64,000 nucleotides of DNA from Candidatus Eiseniibacteriota bacterium (GTDB taxonomy: Bacteria > Eisenbacteria > RBG-16-71-46 > CAZAMP01): NCBI GenBank assembly GCA_965224245.1, contig OZ245046.1, positions 800,001-864,000 of the forward strand. Reading direction: 5' to 3'. A program made the translations under genes and the position numbers. This document shows, piece after piece, positions 42,542-54,067 of this stretch (positions within the stretch are counted from its first letter, which is position 1; every line of letters starts with the position of its first letter). The notes below the pieces were generated by a model. It saw nothing but the letters and a program-made list of their open reading frames with translations. It had not been told where the DNA came from and made no database searches.

Positions 42542-43241
42542 GTGCATCGTTGCGTCGACGTGACGCTGATCGTGGATCACCGACGCCCCTTTACCCGGGG
42601 CCTCATGGAGCTGGCGGAGATGCTGGTGCACGCGGCCCGCGATCTCGGCTTGGAGTCCGAGCTGCTGACGAACGCGTTCAGTCGACGAGGCCCGACGATC
42701 CTCCTCGGCTCCATCGGTTGGCCCGCTGGCCCATCATCCGGTCATCCGGTCATCCGGTCATCCGATCATCCGGTCATCCGGTCATCCGGTCATCTTGTAC
42801 CAGCTCGAGCAGCTCTCGGACCGCGAGGGTTGGCTTTCGCCTGCGCGTCTGGAACTCATGAAGCAAGCTGATCACGTCTGGGATTACTCCCCATTGAACT
42901 GCGCATTCCCGGAACAGACAGGCGTCTCGGCCGTGCACGTTCCGATCGGGTACTCGTCCGCGCTGGAGCGGTTGCCACACGATGTTGCCAAGGACATCGA
43001 CGTGCTCTTCTACGGATCGATCAACGCGCGACGATCGCGAATCCTGAGAGCGCTCTCGGAGCGCCACCGGGTGGAGACGCTGCCGTACCTCTCGCTGGTC
43101 GATCGGTGTCGGTACTTCCTGGAGCGCGACGACGAGCGCGATCAACTGGCCGAGGACAACTGGCGGACGTGTTCGCGAGAGTCCATGATCGCGAACGTCG
43201 AGCGAGGTCTGATGGCCAGCGGCATCCTGGATCACGGCTGA
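42542..43241 (+). pseudogene. Frameshifted glycosyltransferase-like gene (phase-variable or pseudogene)
   Basis: GGAGGAG RBS plus GTG 42542. The N-terminal frame (ELAEML..A.RDLG) switches at an octamer repeat to the frame encoding YQLEQL, VWDYS..N, VPIGY and DIDVLFYGS.N.RR. Confidence 0.75.
42734..42794 (+). repeat. Tandem octamer (TCATCCGG) x7 plus partial unit
   Basis: Seven units, the fourth being TCATCCGA, followed by TCATC. Confidence 0.97.
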
Positions 43242-43312
43242 GCTGGACAGATCGCACGAGCGAGCCCCTCGAGACTCCCCGCGACGACGCTCTCTCCCGG
43301 ATCGGACTCGCA

Positions 43313-43699
43313 TTGCTGGACACGACCACCAGCGGCCGTCTCGGCGAGACGATCGCCGCCACGTACCTGGAGCTCGCGGGGTATCGCATCCGGCGCCGGA
43401 ACGTGCGCTTCGGACCGCGGGAGATCGACCTCGTGGTGACGCGCGAGCGCGAGCTCGTGTTCGTCGAGGTCAAGCTCCGATCGAGCGATCGCTTCGGCGG
43501 CGCGATGGGCGCGCTGACCTGGCGCAAGCGCCGCGAGCTGTGGCGGGTCTTCGGGCCCCTCTTCGGCGAGCTGCGCCGCCGCGACTGGCACCCCCGGATC
43601 GACTTCATCGCGATCGAGCGACAGCGCGGCGGCGTGATGGGACTGACGCTCCGCCACTTCCCGAACGTCGTGGGATCGGGGGCCCGCATCGCCGGCTGA
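43313..43699 (+). CDS. yraN: YraN (UPF0102) family endonuclease-like protein; start uncertain
   Basis: G..GE..A..YL...GY.I...N, EIDLV, LVFVEVK.R; usual position after rnhB. Confidence 0.9.
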   Translation: MLDTTTSGRLGETIAATYLELAGYRIRRRNVRFGPREIDLVVTRERELVFVEVKLRSSDRFGGAMGALTWRKRRELWRVFGPLFGELRRRDWHPRIDFIAIERQRGGVMGLTLRHFPNVVGSGARIAG

Positions 43700-43746
43700 C
43701 GCCCGCGTCGTCGGGTCGGTGACCGCGCCCCGGGTCGCGCGCCCCT

Positions 43747-44940
43747 TCAGCGGTAGAGGGACTTGAGCCCCGTCCAGCTCTCCCGCGTCACCGGCGTGGA
43801 CTCGCAGAACCCGCCGGCGCCGATGTCGCCGCAGGGGAAGTCGTACGGGTGATGCCCCGCCGCGCACGGTGACCACGGCCACAGGTCCACCCGGCGTATG
43901 AACGTGTCGCACACCAGCGGATCCTCGGAGAAGTTGCCGAGGACGTCCAGGTACTCCTCGACGGTGGTCCAGTCGCCGCCCGCGTTGCCCCAGAAGTCCG
44001 AGCAGTAGATCTCGCCGATCTCGCCGCCGTCGACCACGATCGCCGATCCGGTGCCCTCGGTGATGAGCGTCCGGCTGATCGACGTCGTGCCGCCGAGCAG
44101 ATGGATCGCGGCCGCGTCGGCATCCTCGGCGACGCGGTAGAACGTGCAGTGCTGGATCATCACGTCGCCGCTCAGGACGGTGATCGTGGTCTGGTCGTTT
44201 TGCCGGAAGAAGCAGCCGTCGAACGTGACCGTGGAGCCGTCGATCTTGATCACGTCATCGAAGACGGCCCCATGGTGCGCGAAGTCGATGAAGTCGAACC
44301 GGGCCGTCGAGTCGTGGAGGTAGATCGCGTCGACGGCATTCTGGTAGATGCGCCCGTCCTCGACGTCGAGGATCGAGTTCGTGGCATAGATGGCCGAGCC
44401 GAAGCCGGTCGTCGGGAGAACGTTGTCACGGAGGATCACCCGCCGGAGCGTGCAGGCGGCGTTCTCGAAGTAGAAGGCCGAGCCGTATTGCGCGCGGCAG
44501 ATGGCGACCTCGACGTCCTCTAACGTGGGCGAGGAGTCCTTCACGTAGAACGCGCCCCCGCGTGCCGACGAGCCCGGCTGAGAGGCGCGTCTCACCCGGA
44601 TCCGCCGGATGAGTGTGTCGGGGCCTTCTCCCCGATCGATCACGAACGCGCGAGCGTCGGCGTCCGGATAGCCGCACAGAATGTCCGAGGGGCTGCCCTC
44701 GATCGTGATCGCCTTCCCGGAGAGATCGACGTCGCAGTTCCCCGGTCCTTCGAACGTTCCGCCTCCCAGCAGCACGACGTCGCCGTCCACCGCGGCGTTC
44801 ACCGCGGCCTGGATCGTGGGCTGGTCCCCGGTGCCGTCGGGCAGGACGAGGATCGTGGTCGCCGAAGCGTCGGAGGAGAAAAGTCCCGCGGTGAGCGTGA
44901 GTACGGCGACACGCCCGACCGGTGCGAGTGGCGAGTTCAT
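43747..44940 (-). CDS. Secreted right-handed beta-helix (pectin lyase-like) protein
   Basis: Signal peptide; PTIQAAV..A.DGD.V.L..GTF.G; GG/N-rich beta-helix repeats; DP..C...SPC...IGA; ends TPVTRESWTGLKSLYR. Confidence 0.85.
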   Translation of the reverse strand: MNSPLAPVGRVAVLTLTAGLFSSDASATTILVLPDGTGDQPTIQAAVNAAVDGDVVLLGGGTFEGPGNCDVDLSGKAITIEGSPSDILCGYPDADARAFVIDRGEGPDTLIRRIRVRRASQPGSSARGGAFYVKDSSPTLEDVEVAICRAQYGSAFYFENAACTLRRVILRDNVLPTTGFGSAIYATNSILDVEDGRIYQNAVDAIYLHDSTARFDFIDFAHHGAVFDDVIKIDGSTVTFDGCFFRQNDQTTITVLSGDVMIQHCTFYRVAEDADAAAIHLLGGTTSISRTLITEGTGSAIVVDGGEIGEIYCSDFWGNAGGDWTTVEEYLDVLGNFSEDPLVCDTFIRRVDLWPWSPCAAGHHPYDFPCGDIGAGGFCESTPVTRESWTGLKSLYR

Positions 44941-44981
44941 CGACGCCTCCTCGGCGTTACGAGCTCGCCCCCGCCCGCGAG

Positions 44982-47900
44982 CTACATGTTGCGTCGGTAC
45001 TGCCCGCCGACCTCGTACAGCGCGTTAGAGATCTGACCGAGCGACGCCACCTTCACCGCCTCCATCAACGATGCGAACAGATTCCCGCCCGTCACGGCGG
45101 CGCGCTGGAGCTCGGCCAGCGCCGCCGGTGCCCGGTCGGCGTTCCGCGCGTGGAACGCATCGCGGGATGCGATCGCATACTCCTTCTCCTCGGTCGTGGA
45201 GCGGATGATCTCCCCGGGGAGGATCGTCGGAGACCCCTTGGAGTCGAGAAACGTGTTCACGCCGATGATGGGCAGCTTGCCCGTGTGCTTGAGCTGCTCG
45301 TAATAGAGCGACTCGTCCTGGATCTTCCCGCGCTGGTACATGCGCTCCATCGCGCCGAGGACGCCGCCCCGCTCGGAGAGCGAGCGGAACTCCTTCAGCA
45401 CGGCCTCCTCGACGAGGTCGGTCAGCTCCTCGATGATGAACGAGCCCTGAAGCGGGTTCTCGTTCTTGTTGAGCCCGAGCTCCTTGTTGATGATGAGCTG
45501 GATGGCCATCGCCCGGCGGACGCTCTCCTCGGTGGGCGTCGTGATCGCCTCGTCGTAGGCGTTCGTGTGGAGCGAGTTGCAGTTGTCGTAGAGCGCGTAC
45601 AGCGCCTGGAGCGTGGTCCGGATGTCGTTGAACCCGATCTCCTGCGCGTGGAGGCTCCGGCCCGACGTCTGGACGTGGTACTTGAGCTTCTGCGAGCGCT
45701 CGTTCCCGCCGTACTTGCGCCTGATCGCCTTGGCCCAGATCCGGCGCGCCACGCGCCCGATCACCGAGTACTCGGGGTCGATGCCGTTGGAGAAGAAGAA
45801 CGACAGGTTGGGCGCGAAGTCGTCGATGTGCATGCCCCGCGACAGGTAGTACTCGACGTACGTGAACCCGTTGGCCAGCGTGAACGCGAGCTGGGTGATC
45901 GGGTTCGCTCCGGCCTCGGCGATGTGATAGCCCGAGATCGACACCGAGTAGAAGTTCCGCACGTCGTGCTCGATGAAGTACTCTTGGATGTCGCCCATCA
46001 TCCGCAGCGCGAACTCCGTGGAGAAGATGCACGTGTTCTGGGCCTGGTCCTCCTTCAGGATGTCGGCCTGCACGGTACCGCGCACGCGCGAGAGGGCGCG
46101 GGCGCGAAGCTCGGCGTAGACGTCGGCCGGCAGCACCTCGTCGCCCGAGACGCCGAGCAGCATCAGGCCCCGTCCGTCGTTGCCCTCGGGCAGATCGCCC
46201 TGGTAGGTCGGGCGTGCCACGCCGAGCTCGCGGTAGCGCGCGTCGATCTTCGCCTGGACGTCGGCCTCGAGACCGTTCTCGCGGATGTGGCGCTCGCACT
46301 GCTGATCGATGGCCGCGTTCATGAAGAACGCCAGCAACATCGGGGCCGGGCCGTTGATCGTCATCGAGACCGACGTCGTCGGATCGGCCAGGTCGAAGCC
46401 CGAGTAGAGCTTCTTCGCGTCGTCCACGGTGGCGATGCTGACGCCCGAGTTGCCCACCTTGCCGTAGATGTCCGGACGGTGGTCGGGATTCTCCCCGTAC
46501 AGCGTGACCGAATCGAACGCGGTGGAGAGCCGCTTGGCCGGCATGCCGGCCGAGACGTAGTGGAACCGCCGGTTGGTGCGCTCGGGGCCCCCCTCCCCGG
46601 CGAACATGCGCGCCGGATCCTCGCCCTGGCGCTTGAGCGGGAAGACGCCGGCCGCGTACGGGAAGTGCCCTGGCGCGTTCTCGGTCAGGATCCACCGGAG
46701 GACGTCGCCCCAGTCCTCGTAGCGGGGGAGCGCGACCTTCGGGATCCGGGTGTGAGAGAGCGACTCGGTGTAGAGGTCCTGCTCGATGACCTTGTCGCGC
46801 ACGCGGAACTGGTACGTGTCGGCGCGGTACCGGGCCAGCGTCTTCGGCCAGTCCGCCAGCGCCGTCCGGCAGTCGGGATCCAGGCGGGCCTCGATCTCGT
46901 GGTACAGCGTGACCAGGTCGCGGAGGTACTCCGGCTCCTCGGTGACGTGCTCCACCGCGCGGATGACGCCACCGCCCGATCGCTCCACGTCGCGATCGTC
47001 GACGGTCACGGCGCGGATGCCCGCGCGCTCGCGGAGCAGCGTGATCGTCCCGTGGAGCTGGTAGAGCTGCCGGGCCAGCGCGACCTGCTCGTCGACGAAC
47101 GCGTCGTAGGTGGCCGAGCTCTCGGCGATCTCGGCCAGGTAGCGCACGCGCTCGGGGGGCACGATGACGGCCTTGTCGTGAGGGTCGGTCGCGAGATCCA
47201 GCGTGCTCTCGAACGCGGCCCCGGTGGCGGCGTCCATCGCGGCCATGATCGCCTCGTAGAGCCGGTTCGTGCCCGGGTCGTTGAACTGCGAGGCGATCGT
47301 GCCGTGGATCGGGAGCGCCTCGTCGTCCACGTCGAAGCGGGCGTGATTGCGCTTGTACTGCTTGCGCACGTCCCGGAGCGCGTCCAGGGATCCGCGCTTG
47401 TCGAACTTGTTGATCGCGATCATGTCGGCGAAGTCGAGCATGTCGATCTTCTCGAGCTGGGTCGCCGCGCCGTACTCGGCCGTCATCACGTAGAGCGACA
47501 CGTCCGAGTGCTCTGTGATCGACGTGTCGGACTGGCCGATGCCCGACGTCTCGACGATCACGAGGTCGTACCCCGCGGCCTTGACGATGTCGATCGCGTC
47601 CTGCACGTGCGCCGAGAGGGCGAGGTTGGCCTGTCGCGTGGCCAGCGAGCGCATGTACACGCGTGGGTTCTGGATCGCGTTCATGCGGATGCGATCGCCG
47701 AGGAGGGCGCCTCCGGTACGGCGCTTGGAGGGATCGATCGAGATGATCGCGATCGTCTTGTCGGGAAAGTCGAGGAGATACCGCCGGACGAGCTCGTCAA
47801 CGAGCGACGACTTTCCCGAGCCGCCGGTACCGGTGATGCCGAGCACGGGCACGTCGCGCGCGGCGGCCAGCGCGCGGAGATCGCCGTGCACGGCCTTGGT

Positions 47901-48452
47901 CTCGTCGGGGTAGTTCTCGGCCACCGAGATGAGCTCGGCAATGGACTTGGGCTCCTCGACCGACAGGCCGCGCAGGTCCCCGTTGAGCGGTGGCGTCTTC
48001 GTGGGGAAGTCGCAGCGGGAGAGGAGGTCGTCGATCATGCCCTGGAGCCCCATCTCCCGTCCGTCGTCGGGGGAGTACAGGCGCTCGACACCGTATGCGT
48101 GAAGCTCCTCGATCTCGGACGGCAGGATCGTGCCCCCGCCGCCGCCGAAGACCTTGATGTCGGCGCCGCGCTCGCGCAGGAGATCGACCATGTACTTGAA
48201 GTACTCGACGTGGCCGCCCTGGTACGACGTGACGGCGATGCCCTGCGCATCCTCCTGGATCGCGCAGTCGACGATCTCGGCCACCGAGCGGTTGTGTCCC
48301 AGGTGGATGACCTCGGCGCCGGACGCCTGGATGATGCGCCGCATGATGTTGATCGCGGCGTCGTGGCCGTCGAAGAGGGACGCGGCGGTGACGATCCGGA
48401 CGTGATGTCGGAGCTTCGGCGCGGTCCTCGGCGTGGCCGGTGGTGCGGTCAT
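44982..48452 (-). CDS. icmF: Fused isobutyryl-CoA mutase / G-protein chaperone IcmF
   Basis: N-terminal B12 domain DGHD, MeaI GTPase ([13 protein letters not shown]), C-terminal mutase barrel with RMFAGEG (Phe at the specificity position). Confidence 0.97.
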   Translation of the reverse strand: MTAPPATPRTAPKLRHHVRIVTAASLFDGHDAAINIMRRIIQASGAEVIHLGHNRSVAEIVDCAIQEDAQGIAVTSYQGGHVEYFKYMVDLLRERGADIKVFGGGGGTILPSEIEELHAYGVERLYSPDDGREMGLQGMIDDLLSRCDFPTKTPPLNGDLRGLSVEEPKSIAELISVAENYPDETKAVHGDLRALAAARDVPVLGITGTGGSGKSSLVDELVRRYLLDFPDKTIAIISIDPSKRRTGGALLGDRIRMNAIQNPRVYMRSLATRQANLALSAHVQDAIDIVKAAGYDLVIVETSGIGQSDTSITEHSDVSLYVMTAEYGAATQLEKIDMLDFADMIAINKFDKRGSLDALRDVRKQYKRNHARFDVDDEALPIHGTIASQFNDPGTNRLYEAIMAAMDAATGAAFESTLDLATDPHDKAVIVPPERVRYLAEIAESSATYDAFVDEQVALARQLYQLHGTITLLRERAGIRAVTVDDRDVERSGGGVIRAVEHVTEEPEYLRDLVTLYHEIEARLDPDCRTALADWPKTLARYRADTYQFRVRDKVIEQDLYTESLSHTRIPKVALPRYEDWGDVLRWILTENAPGHFPYAAGVFPLKRQGEDPARMFAGEGGPERTNRRFHYVSAGMPAKRLSTAFDSVTLYGENPDHRPDIYGKVGNSGVSIATVDDAKKLYSGFDLADPTTSVSMTINGPAPMLLAFFMNAAIDQQCERHIRENGLEADVQAKIDARYRELGVARPTYQGDLPEGNDGRGLMLLGVSGDEVLPADVYAELRARALSRVRGTVQADILKEDQAQNTCIFSTEFALRMMGDIQEYFIEHDVRNFYSVSISGYHIAEAGANPITQLAFTLANGFTYVEYYLSRGMHIDDFAPNLSFFFSNGIDPEYSVIGRVARRIWAKAIRRKYGGNERSQKLKYHVQTSGRSLHAQEIGFNDIRTTLQALYALYDNCNSLHTNAYDEAITTPTEESVRRAMAIQLIINKELGLNKNENPLQGSFIIEELTDLVEEAVLKEFRSLSERGGVLGAMERMYQRGKIQDESLYYEQLKHTGKLPIIGVNTFLDSKGSPTILPGEIIRSTTEEKEYAIASRDAFHARNADRAPAALAELQRAAVTGGNLFASLMEAVKVASLGQISNALYEVGGQYRRNM

Positions 48453-48556
48453 TCGGCGATCCTCTCGCGGCACGAGCCTCGGGGGGCGTGCGGGGGGTCC
48501 GCAGTGCGACGCGGCGGCTTCCGCGGGCGGCGCATCGGCGGAGCGTCTCCGGATGG

Positions 48557-48586
48557 ACGCTACAGAAGGCGCCCCGATCGCGTCAA
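48557..48586 (-). promoter_or_regulatory. Putative sigma70 promoter for icmF
   Basis: TTGACG-N18-TAGCGT on the minus strand. Confidence 0.4.
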
Positions 48587-48878
48587 GTCATTGCCGCGCA
48601 CCGCGCTGTCAGCGTCCGCGCGGCGCGCGGTCCTGGCCCGCACATCGCGCGGTGGGTGCCCGGCCACCCCGCGGTCGGCTCCGGTGGAAATCGCCGGCCG
48701 GCCCGGGCGGCCCCGGGGTCGAGCGGCGGGTCGGCGGCGCTCACGGCGACCGGCCCGCCGCCGGTACCGCCGCGCGACGGTGCCCTTCGGGGTCGGGGAG
48801 GGGTCGCCCGTGCGCGGGCGGTCTGGGCCAGGGGCGTCGTAACCCCCTGTCTCAGAACGCGTTGCAATCTCGTTCGAT

Positions 48879-48907
48879 TTGACACCGGCCGGGTGCGGTG
48901 ATACTCT
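48879..48907 (+). promoter_or_regulatory. Putative sigma70 promoter for acyl-CoA operon
   Basis: TTGACA-N17-TACTCT with TG extended -10. Confidence 0.7.
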
Positions 48908-49048
48908 ACCCCGCTTGTGTCCGTGCCGCCGCTTCCGGCCGAGAGCGTGGCGTGGCCGCGAGCGTCGATGTCGAATCGGACCGAGCCGGCCCCCGACGCG
49001 AGAGCGGCCGCTCGTTCGCCCCAAACCCGACGTAACCGAGGTTCCAAC

Positions 49049-50203
49049 ATGCACCTGGCGCTCACCGAGCAGCACGCCATGATCAAGAGCATGGTCCGCG
49101 AGTTCTGCGAGAAGGAGATCGCGCCACGGGCCGCGGAGATCGACCGCGAGAGCCGCTTCCCGATCGAGAACTTCCGCGGCCTGGCGGAGCTGGGTCTGAT
49201 GGGTATTCCCTACCCCGAGGAGTACGGTGGCGGCGGGGCCGACACGCTCAGCTACATCGTGGCCGCCGAGGAGATTGCGCGGGTGTGCGGATCGACGTGC
49301 CTCAGCTACGTCGCGCACGTCTCGCTGGGCACCGCGCCCATCGTCAACGACGGGACCGACGAGCAGAAGCGGCGCTGGCTGCCCTCGCTGTGCTCGGGCG
49401 AGACGCTGGGGGCGTTCGCGCTCACCGAGCCCAACGCGGGATCGGACGCGTCGGGCACGCAGACGACCGCCCGCCTCGACGGCGATCACTACGTCGTCAA
49501 CGGCCAGAAGATCTACTGCACCAACGGCCAGATCGCGGGCACCGTGGTGTTCACCGCGCTCACCGACAAGACGGCCGGATACAAGGGGATCAGCGCGTTC
49601 GTGGTCGAGAAGGGGACGCCGGGCTTCACGTACGGCACCAACGAGGACAAGATCGGATGCCGCGGCTCGGAGACGGCCGTGCTGTTCTTCGAGAACTGCA
49701 GGATCCCGGTCGAGAACCGCGTCGGCGCCGAGGGTGACGGCTATCGGAACTTCCTCAAGACGCTCGACGGCGGCCGGATCTCGATCGGCGCGATGGCCCT
49801 CGGGCTGGCGCAGGGCGCGTTCGAGGCGGCCATCCGGTACTCGACTGAGCGCGTGCAGTTCGGCAAGCCGATCAACTCGTTCCAGCTCGTGCAGGCGCAC
49901 CTCGCGAACATGGGTACCGAGATCGAGGCCGCGCGCCACATGGTTTACGACGCCGCCGTCCGCAAGGACCGCGGCCTTCCGTTCAAGAAGGAGGGCGCGA
50001 TGGCCAAGCTGTTCGCGTCCGAGGTGTCCCAGCGGGTCTGCAACGCGGCGCTCCAGGTCTTCGGCGGCATGGGCTACACGAAGGACGCCCCGGTCGAGCG
50101 CTTCCTCCGCGACGCGAAGCTCACCGAGATCGGCGAGGGCACGTCCGAGATTCAACGGCTGGTGATCGCTCGCCAGCTCCTCAAGGAGTACGAACATGTC
50201 TGA
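49049..50203 (+). CDS. Acyl-CoA dehydrogenase
   Basis: [37 protein letters not shown]. Confidence 0.97.
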   Translation: MHLALTEQHAMIKSMVREFCEKEIAPRAAEIDRESRFPIENFRGLAELGLMGIPYPEEYGGGGADTLSYIVAAEEIARVCGSTCLSYVAHVSLGTAPIVNDGTDEQKRRWLPSLCSGETLGAFALTEPNAGSDASGTQTTARLDGDHYVVNGQKIYCTNGQIAGTVVFTALTDKTAGYKGISAFVVEKGTPGFTYGTNEDKIGCRGSETAVLFFENCRIPVENRVGAEGDGYRNFLKTLDGGRISIGAMALGLAQGAFEAAIRYSTERVQFGKPINSFQLVQAHLANMGTEIEAARHMVYDAAVRKDRGLPFKKEGAMAKLFASEVSQRVCNAALQVFGGMGYTKDAPVERFLRDAKLTEIGEGTSEIQRLVIARQLLKEYEHV

Positions 50204-51383
50204 GAACGACGCGGTCATCCTGAGCGCGTGCCGGACGCCCATCGGCAAGATGATGGGTGGACTGGCCTCGTTCGAAGCCACCGAGCTCGGCGCCATGGTC
50301 ATCCGCGAGGCGGTCTCGCGCGCAGGCATCGACCCGAACGACGTCGACGAGTGCGTGATGGGACACGTGCTCCAGGGCGGCGCCGGACAGGCGCCGGCCA
50401 CCCAGGCCGCGCTCGGCGGCGGGCTCGGCGAGACGACGTCCTGCCTGACCGTCAACAAGGTCTGTGGCTCCAGCCTCATGGCGGCGATCCTGACCGCCCA
50501 GCACATCAAGCTGGGCGACGCGAGCCTGATGGTGGCGGGGGGCATGGAGTCCATGACGCGCGCGCCGTACTTCCTGTCGAAGGCCCGCGAGGGCTTTCGC
50601 ATGGGGCACGGCGAGATCAAGGACCTGATGATCCACGACGGCCTCTGGTGTCCCACCGAGGACTGGCACATGGGCAGCGCGGCCGAGCACATCGCCGAGA
50701 AGTTCGGCGTGACCCGCGCGATGCAGGACGAGTTCGCCGCCGGCAGTCACCAGAAGGCGCTGGCCGCCCAGGAGGCGGGCAAGTTCAAAGGCGAGATCGT
50801 TCCGGTGTCGGTCCCGCAGCGGAAGAAGGACCCGATCCTCTTCGACACCGACGAGGGCCCGCGTCCCGGCACCAGCGTGGAGTCGCTGTCCGGGCTGAAG
50901 CCGATCTTCAAGAAGGACGGCTCGGTGACCGCGGGCAACGCGCCCGGCATCAACGACGGTGCCAGCGCCCTCGTGATCGCGTCGCGCAAGAAGGCCGAGT
51001 CGATGGGCAAGAAGCCGATGGCGCGCATCGTCGGCTACGCCATGGCCGCCCTCGCGCCCAAGGAGCTCTTCTACACCCCGGTGGTGGCGGTGCGGAAGCT
51101 GAACGAGCGCATGAGCGTGGACATCGGACACTGGGACCTGATCGAGGCCAACGAGGCGTTCAGCGCCCAGGCGCTGGCCGACGGCAACGAGCTCGGATGG
51201 GACTGGGACCGCGTGAACGTGAACGGCGGCGCGGTGGCGCTGGGCCATCCGATCGGCGCGTCCGGCGCGCGCATCCTGACCACGCTGCTCTACGCGATGA
51301 AGGACCGTGGCGCGAAGACCGGCATGGCCACGATGTGCCTCGGCGGCGGCGGAGCGGTGGCCCTCGGCGTGGAGGCGGAGTAG
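50196..51383 (+). CDS. Acetyl-CoA C-acetyltransferase (thiolase)
   Basis: [25 protein letters not shown]. Confidence 0.98.
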   Translation: MSENDAVILSACRTPIGKMMGGLASFEATELGAMVIREAVSRAGIDPNDVDECVMGHVLQGGAGQAPATQAALGGGLGETTSCLTVNKVCGSSLMAAILTAQHIKLGDASLMVAGGMESMTRAPYFLSKAREGFRMGHGEIKDLMIHDGLWCPTEDWHMGSAAEHIAEKFGVTRAMQDEFAAGSHQKALAAQEAGKFKGEIVPVSVPQRKKDPILFDTDEGPRPGTSVESLSGLKPIFKKDGSVTAGNAPGINDGASALVIASRKKAESMGKKPMARIVGYAMAALAPKELFYTPVVAVRKLNERMSVDIGHWDLIEANEAFSAQALADGNELGWDWDRVNVNGGAVALGHPIGASGARILTTLLYAMKDRGAKTGMATMCLGGGGAVALGVEAE

Positions 51384-51387
51384 GACC

Positions 51388-52245
51388 ATGGCACACGACA
51401 ACGTGATCGTCATCGGGGCGGGCACGATGGGCAACGGCATCGCGCAGGTGTGCGCGACGTCCGGACGCACCGTCACGCTCGTCGACACGTCCGAGGCGGC
51501 GCTGGAGCGCGCCATGGCGACGATCGACAAGAACCTCGGGCGCATGGTCAAGAAGGAGAAGATCAGCGAGGCCGACGCCAAGGCGGCGACGGCCCGCATC
51601 ACGACCGCGACCGACGCGGCCGCGGCCGGGTCGGCGTCCATCGCGATCGAGGCGATATTCGAGAACGCCGACATCAAGAAGAAGATCCACGCCGACCTGG
51701 ACGCCCGTCTGCCCGAGGACGCGATCCTGGCCAGCAACACGTCCTCGATCTCGATCACCGAGCTGGCGGCGGCCACGAACCGTCCCGACCGGTTCATCGG
51801 CATGCACTTCTTCAATCCGGTCCCGGTGATGAAGCTGGTGGAGGTGATTCGCGGGCTCTCCACGTCCGACGAGACGACCCGGGCGGTCATGAGCATGGCC
51901 ACCGATCTCGGCAAGACCCCGGTCGAGGTGAACGACTTCGCCGGGTTCGTGTCGAACCGGGTGCTGATGCCGATGATCAACGAGGCGATCTACGCGCTGA
52001 TGGAGGGCGTGGCCACCGCCGAGGCGATCGACACCGTCATGAAGCTCGGCATGGCGCATCCGATGGGCCCGTTGACCCTGGCCGACTTCATCGGCCTCGA
52101 TGTGTGCCTCGACATCATGAGCGTGCTCCATCGCGAGCTCGGCGATCCGAAGTACCGCCCGTGTCCGCTGCTTCGCAAGAAGGTGGCCGCCGGGCACCTC
52201 GGCCGGAAGAGCGGCGTCGGGTTCTACGACTACCGCGAGAGCTGA
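51388..52245 (+). CDS. hbd: 3-hydroxybutyryl-CoA dehydrogenase
   Basis: [35 protein letters not shown]. Confidence 0.96.
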   Translation: MAHDNVIVIGAGTMGNGIAQVCATSGRTVTLVDTSEAALERAMATIDKNLGRMVKKEKISEADAKAATARITTATDAAAAGSASIAIEAIFENADIKKKIHADLDARLPEDAILASNTSSISITELAAATNRPDRFIGMHFFNPVPVMKLVEVIRGLSTSDETTRAVMSMATDLGKTPVEVNDFAGFVSNRVLMPMINEAIYALMEGVATAEAIDTVMKLGMAHPMGPLTLADFIGLDVCLDIMSVLHRELGDPKYRPCPLLRKKVAAGHLGRKSGVGFYDYRES

Positions 52246-52247
52246 GC

Positions 52248-53384
52248 ATGTTCGAGCTGACCGACGACCAGCGCATGCTCAAGGACATGATCCGCGAGTT
52301 CTGCGAGAAGGAGATTGCGCCCCACGCAAAGGCCTGGGACGAGGCCGAGGAGACGCCGACCGACGTGATCCACAAGCTCGCCGATCTCGGGCTGTGGGGC
52401 ATGCAGATCCCCGAGGAGTACGGCGGCGCGGGGCTGCCGTTCCCGTCGTTCATGATCGCCGTCGAGGAGCTCTCGCGCTGGTCGGCCTCGGTGGCGATCG
52501 CGGTCTGCGTGCACAACTCGGTCGGATCGGGACCGCTTCTCCTGTACGGATCGGACGAGCAGAAGGCGCGGTTCCTGCCCGAGCTGGCCACGTCGAAGCT
52601 CGCGTGCTTCTGCCTGACCGAGCCCAACGCGGGCTCCGACGCGGGCGCCCTGCTCTCGACGGCCGTGCTCGAGGGCGACACGTACGTCCTGAACGGCGTG
52701 AAGATCTACGTGACGAACGGCGACATCGCCGACTACTTCATGGTGTTCGCGAAGACCGACCCCGACGCGGGCAAGAAGGGCATCTCGGCGTTCATTCTCG
52801 ATCGCGACACGCCCGGGCTCAGCCTCGGCACCAAGGAGAAGAAGATGGGGCTCAAGGCGTCGGGCACGATGGAGGTGCTCCTGGAGGACGCCGAGGTCCC
52901 CGCCGATCGCCTCGTCGGGCCGGAAGGGCGGGGGTTCCGGGTCGCACTCAGCTCGCTGGACGGCGGACGGATCGGGGTCGGCGCGCAGGCGCACGGGGTC
53001 GCCCGGGCGGCCTACGAGGAGGCGCGGCGCTACGTCACCGAGCGTGAGGCGTTCGGCCGGACGCTGGCCCACTTCCAGGGAATCCAGTGGAAGCTGGCCG
53101 ACATGGCGCTCCAGATGGACGCGGCGTGGCTGTTGATCATGCGCGCGGCTCACCTGAAGGACGCCGGGCATCGCGTCACCAAGGAGGCGGCGATGGCCAA
53201 GCTCCATGCCAGCGAGATGGCCCAGCGCGTGGCGTCGGAAGCGCTTCAGATTCACGGCGGATACGGCTACATTCGCGACTATGCGGTCGAGCGCTACTAC
53301 CGCGATGCCCGGGTGATGGCGCTCTACGAGGGAACGAGCGAGATCCAGCGCCACGTCATCGCGCGAGAGCTCTTGCGCGACTGA
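52248..53384 (+). CDS. Acyl-CoA dehydrogenase (second paralog)
   Basis: [37 protein letters not shown]. Confidence 0.97.
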   Translation: MFELTDDQRMLKDMIREFCEKEIAPHAKAWDEAEETPTDVIHKLADLGLWGMQIPEEYGGAGLPFPSFMIAVEELSRWSASVAIAVCVHNSVGSGPLLLYGSDEQKARFLPELATSKLACFCLTEPNAGSDAGALLSTAVLEGDTYVLNGVKIYVTNGDIADYFMVFAKTDPDAGKKGISAFILDRDTPGLSLGTKEKKMGLKASGTMEVLLEDAEVPADRLVGPEGRGFRVALSSLDGGRIGVGAQAHGVARAAYEEARRYVTEREAFGRTLAHFQGIQWKLADMALQMDAAWLLIMRAAHLKDAGHRVTKEAAMAKLHASEMAQRVASEALQIHGGYGYIRDYAVERYYRDARVMALYEGTSEIQRHVIARELLRD

Positions 53385-53524
53385 GACGCCGCCGCCGCGC
53401 CGGCGACCGCCACGCCGGCGGGCACTGCGGACGGGCGAACCGCGGGGCGGGGTGTACCGCCCGACACCGACGTGGTCCTGGATGCGCGCACGGAAGCGTC
53501 ACCAACGGTGGGAGGTCAGGTGTG

Positions 53525-53965
53525 ATGAGGCTACGGACGGTCTCGCTATGGCTCGCCTTCGCGGTGCTCCCGCTGACCTCGGCGGTCGGCGAGGCGCGCT
53601 TCGGTCCCCGGGTGGGGCTCACGGTGGATCCGGATCAGGTCCACTTCGGGGCTCACGCCGTGGTCTCGCTGGCCGACGCGTCTCTGCGGTTCCATCCCAA
53701 CTTCGAGATCGGGCTCGGTGACGACGTGACGCTGATCTCGATGAACGCGAACCTCGCGTACCGGTTCTCGCCCTCGGCGTGGCGACCGTTCCTCGGCGGC
53801 GAGATCGGGATCATCCGCTACGAGGCCGACTTCTACGACGACACGGACATCGGCGTGAGCCTCGTCGGAGGGTTCGAGCGCTCGTCGGAAGCGCTGTTCT
53901 TCGAGGCCAGGGTGGGCCTCGCCGACGCCCCCGACGTGAAGGTCACGGTGGGCTGGGTGCTCTGA
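53525..53965 (+). CDS. Small outer-membrane beta-barrel protein
   Basis: Signal peptide, alternating beta-strand pattern, aromatic-containing C-terminus KVTVGWVL. Confidence 0.75.
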   Translation: MRLRTVSLWLAFAVLPLTSAVGEARFGPRVGLTVDPDQVHFGAHAVVSLADASLRFHPNFEIGLGDDVTLISMNANLAYRFSPSAWRPFLGGEIGIIRYEADFYDDTDIGVSLVGGFERSSEALFFEARVGLADAPDVKVTVGWVL

Positions 53966-54067
53966 TTCGCCGAGGCCGGCGCAGCGAGCGAGGATGTCGC
54001 GCCGACCGGTTGCGCCGCCGGCTCGGGCCGTCTCGCCGGCCCGCTCGGGGGACGCGTCCCCACGGAG

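Noticed and set aside
34227-42794. Tandem repeats as a possible CRISPR array
   Set aside because: Units are contiguous with no unique spacers, and there are no cas genes in the window.
44922-48842. 1306-aa plus-strand ORF
   Set aside because: Antisense shadow of icmF.
48453-49048. Cobalamin riboswitch upstream of icmF
   Set aside because: I could not find the conserved GGGAA, GCCACTG or B12-box elements; an Rfam scan would settle it.
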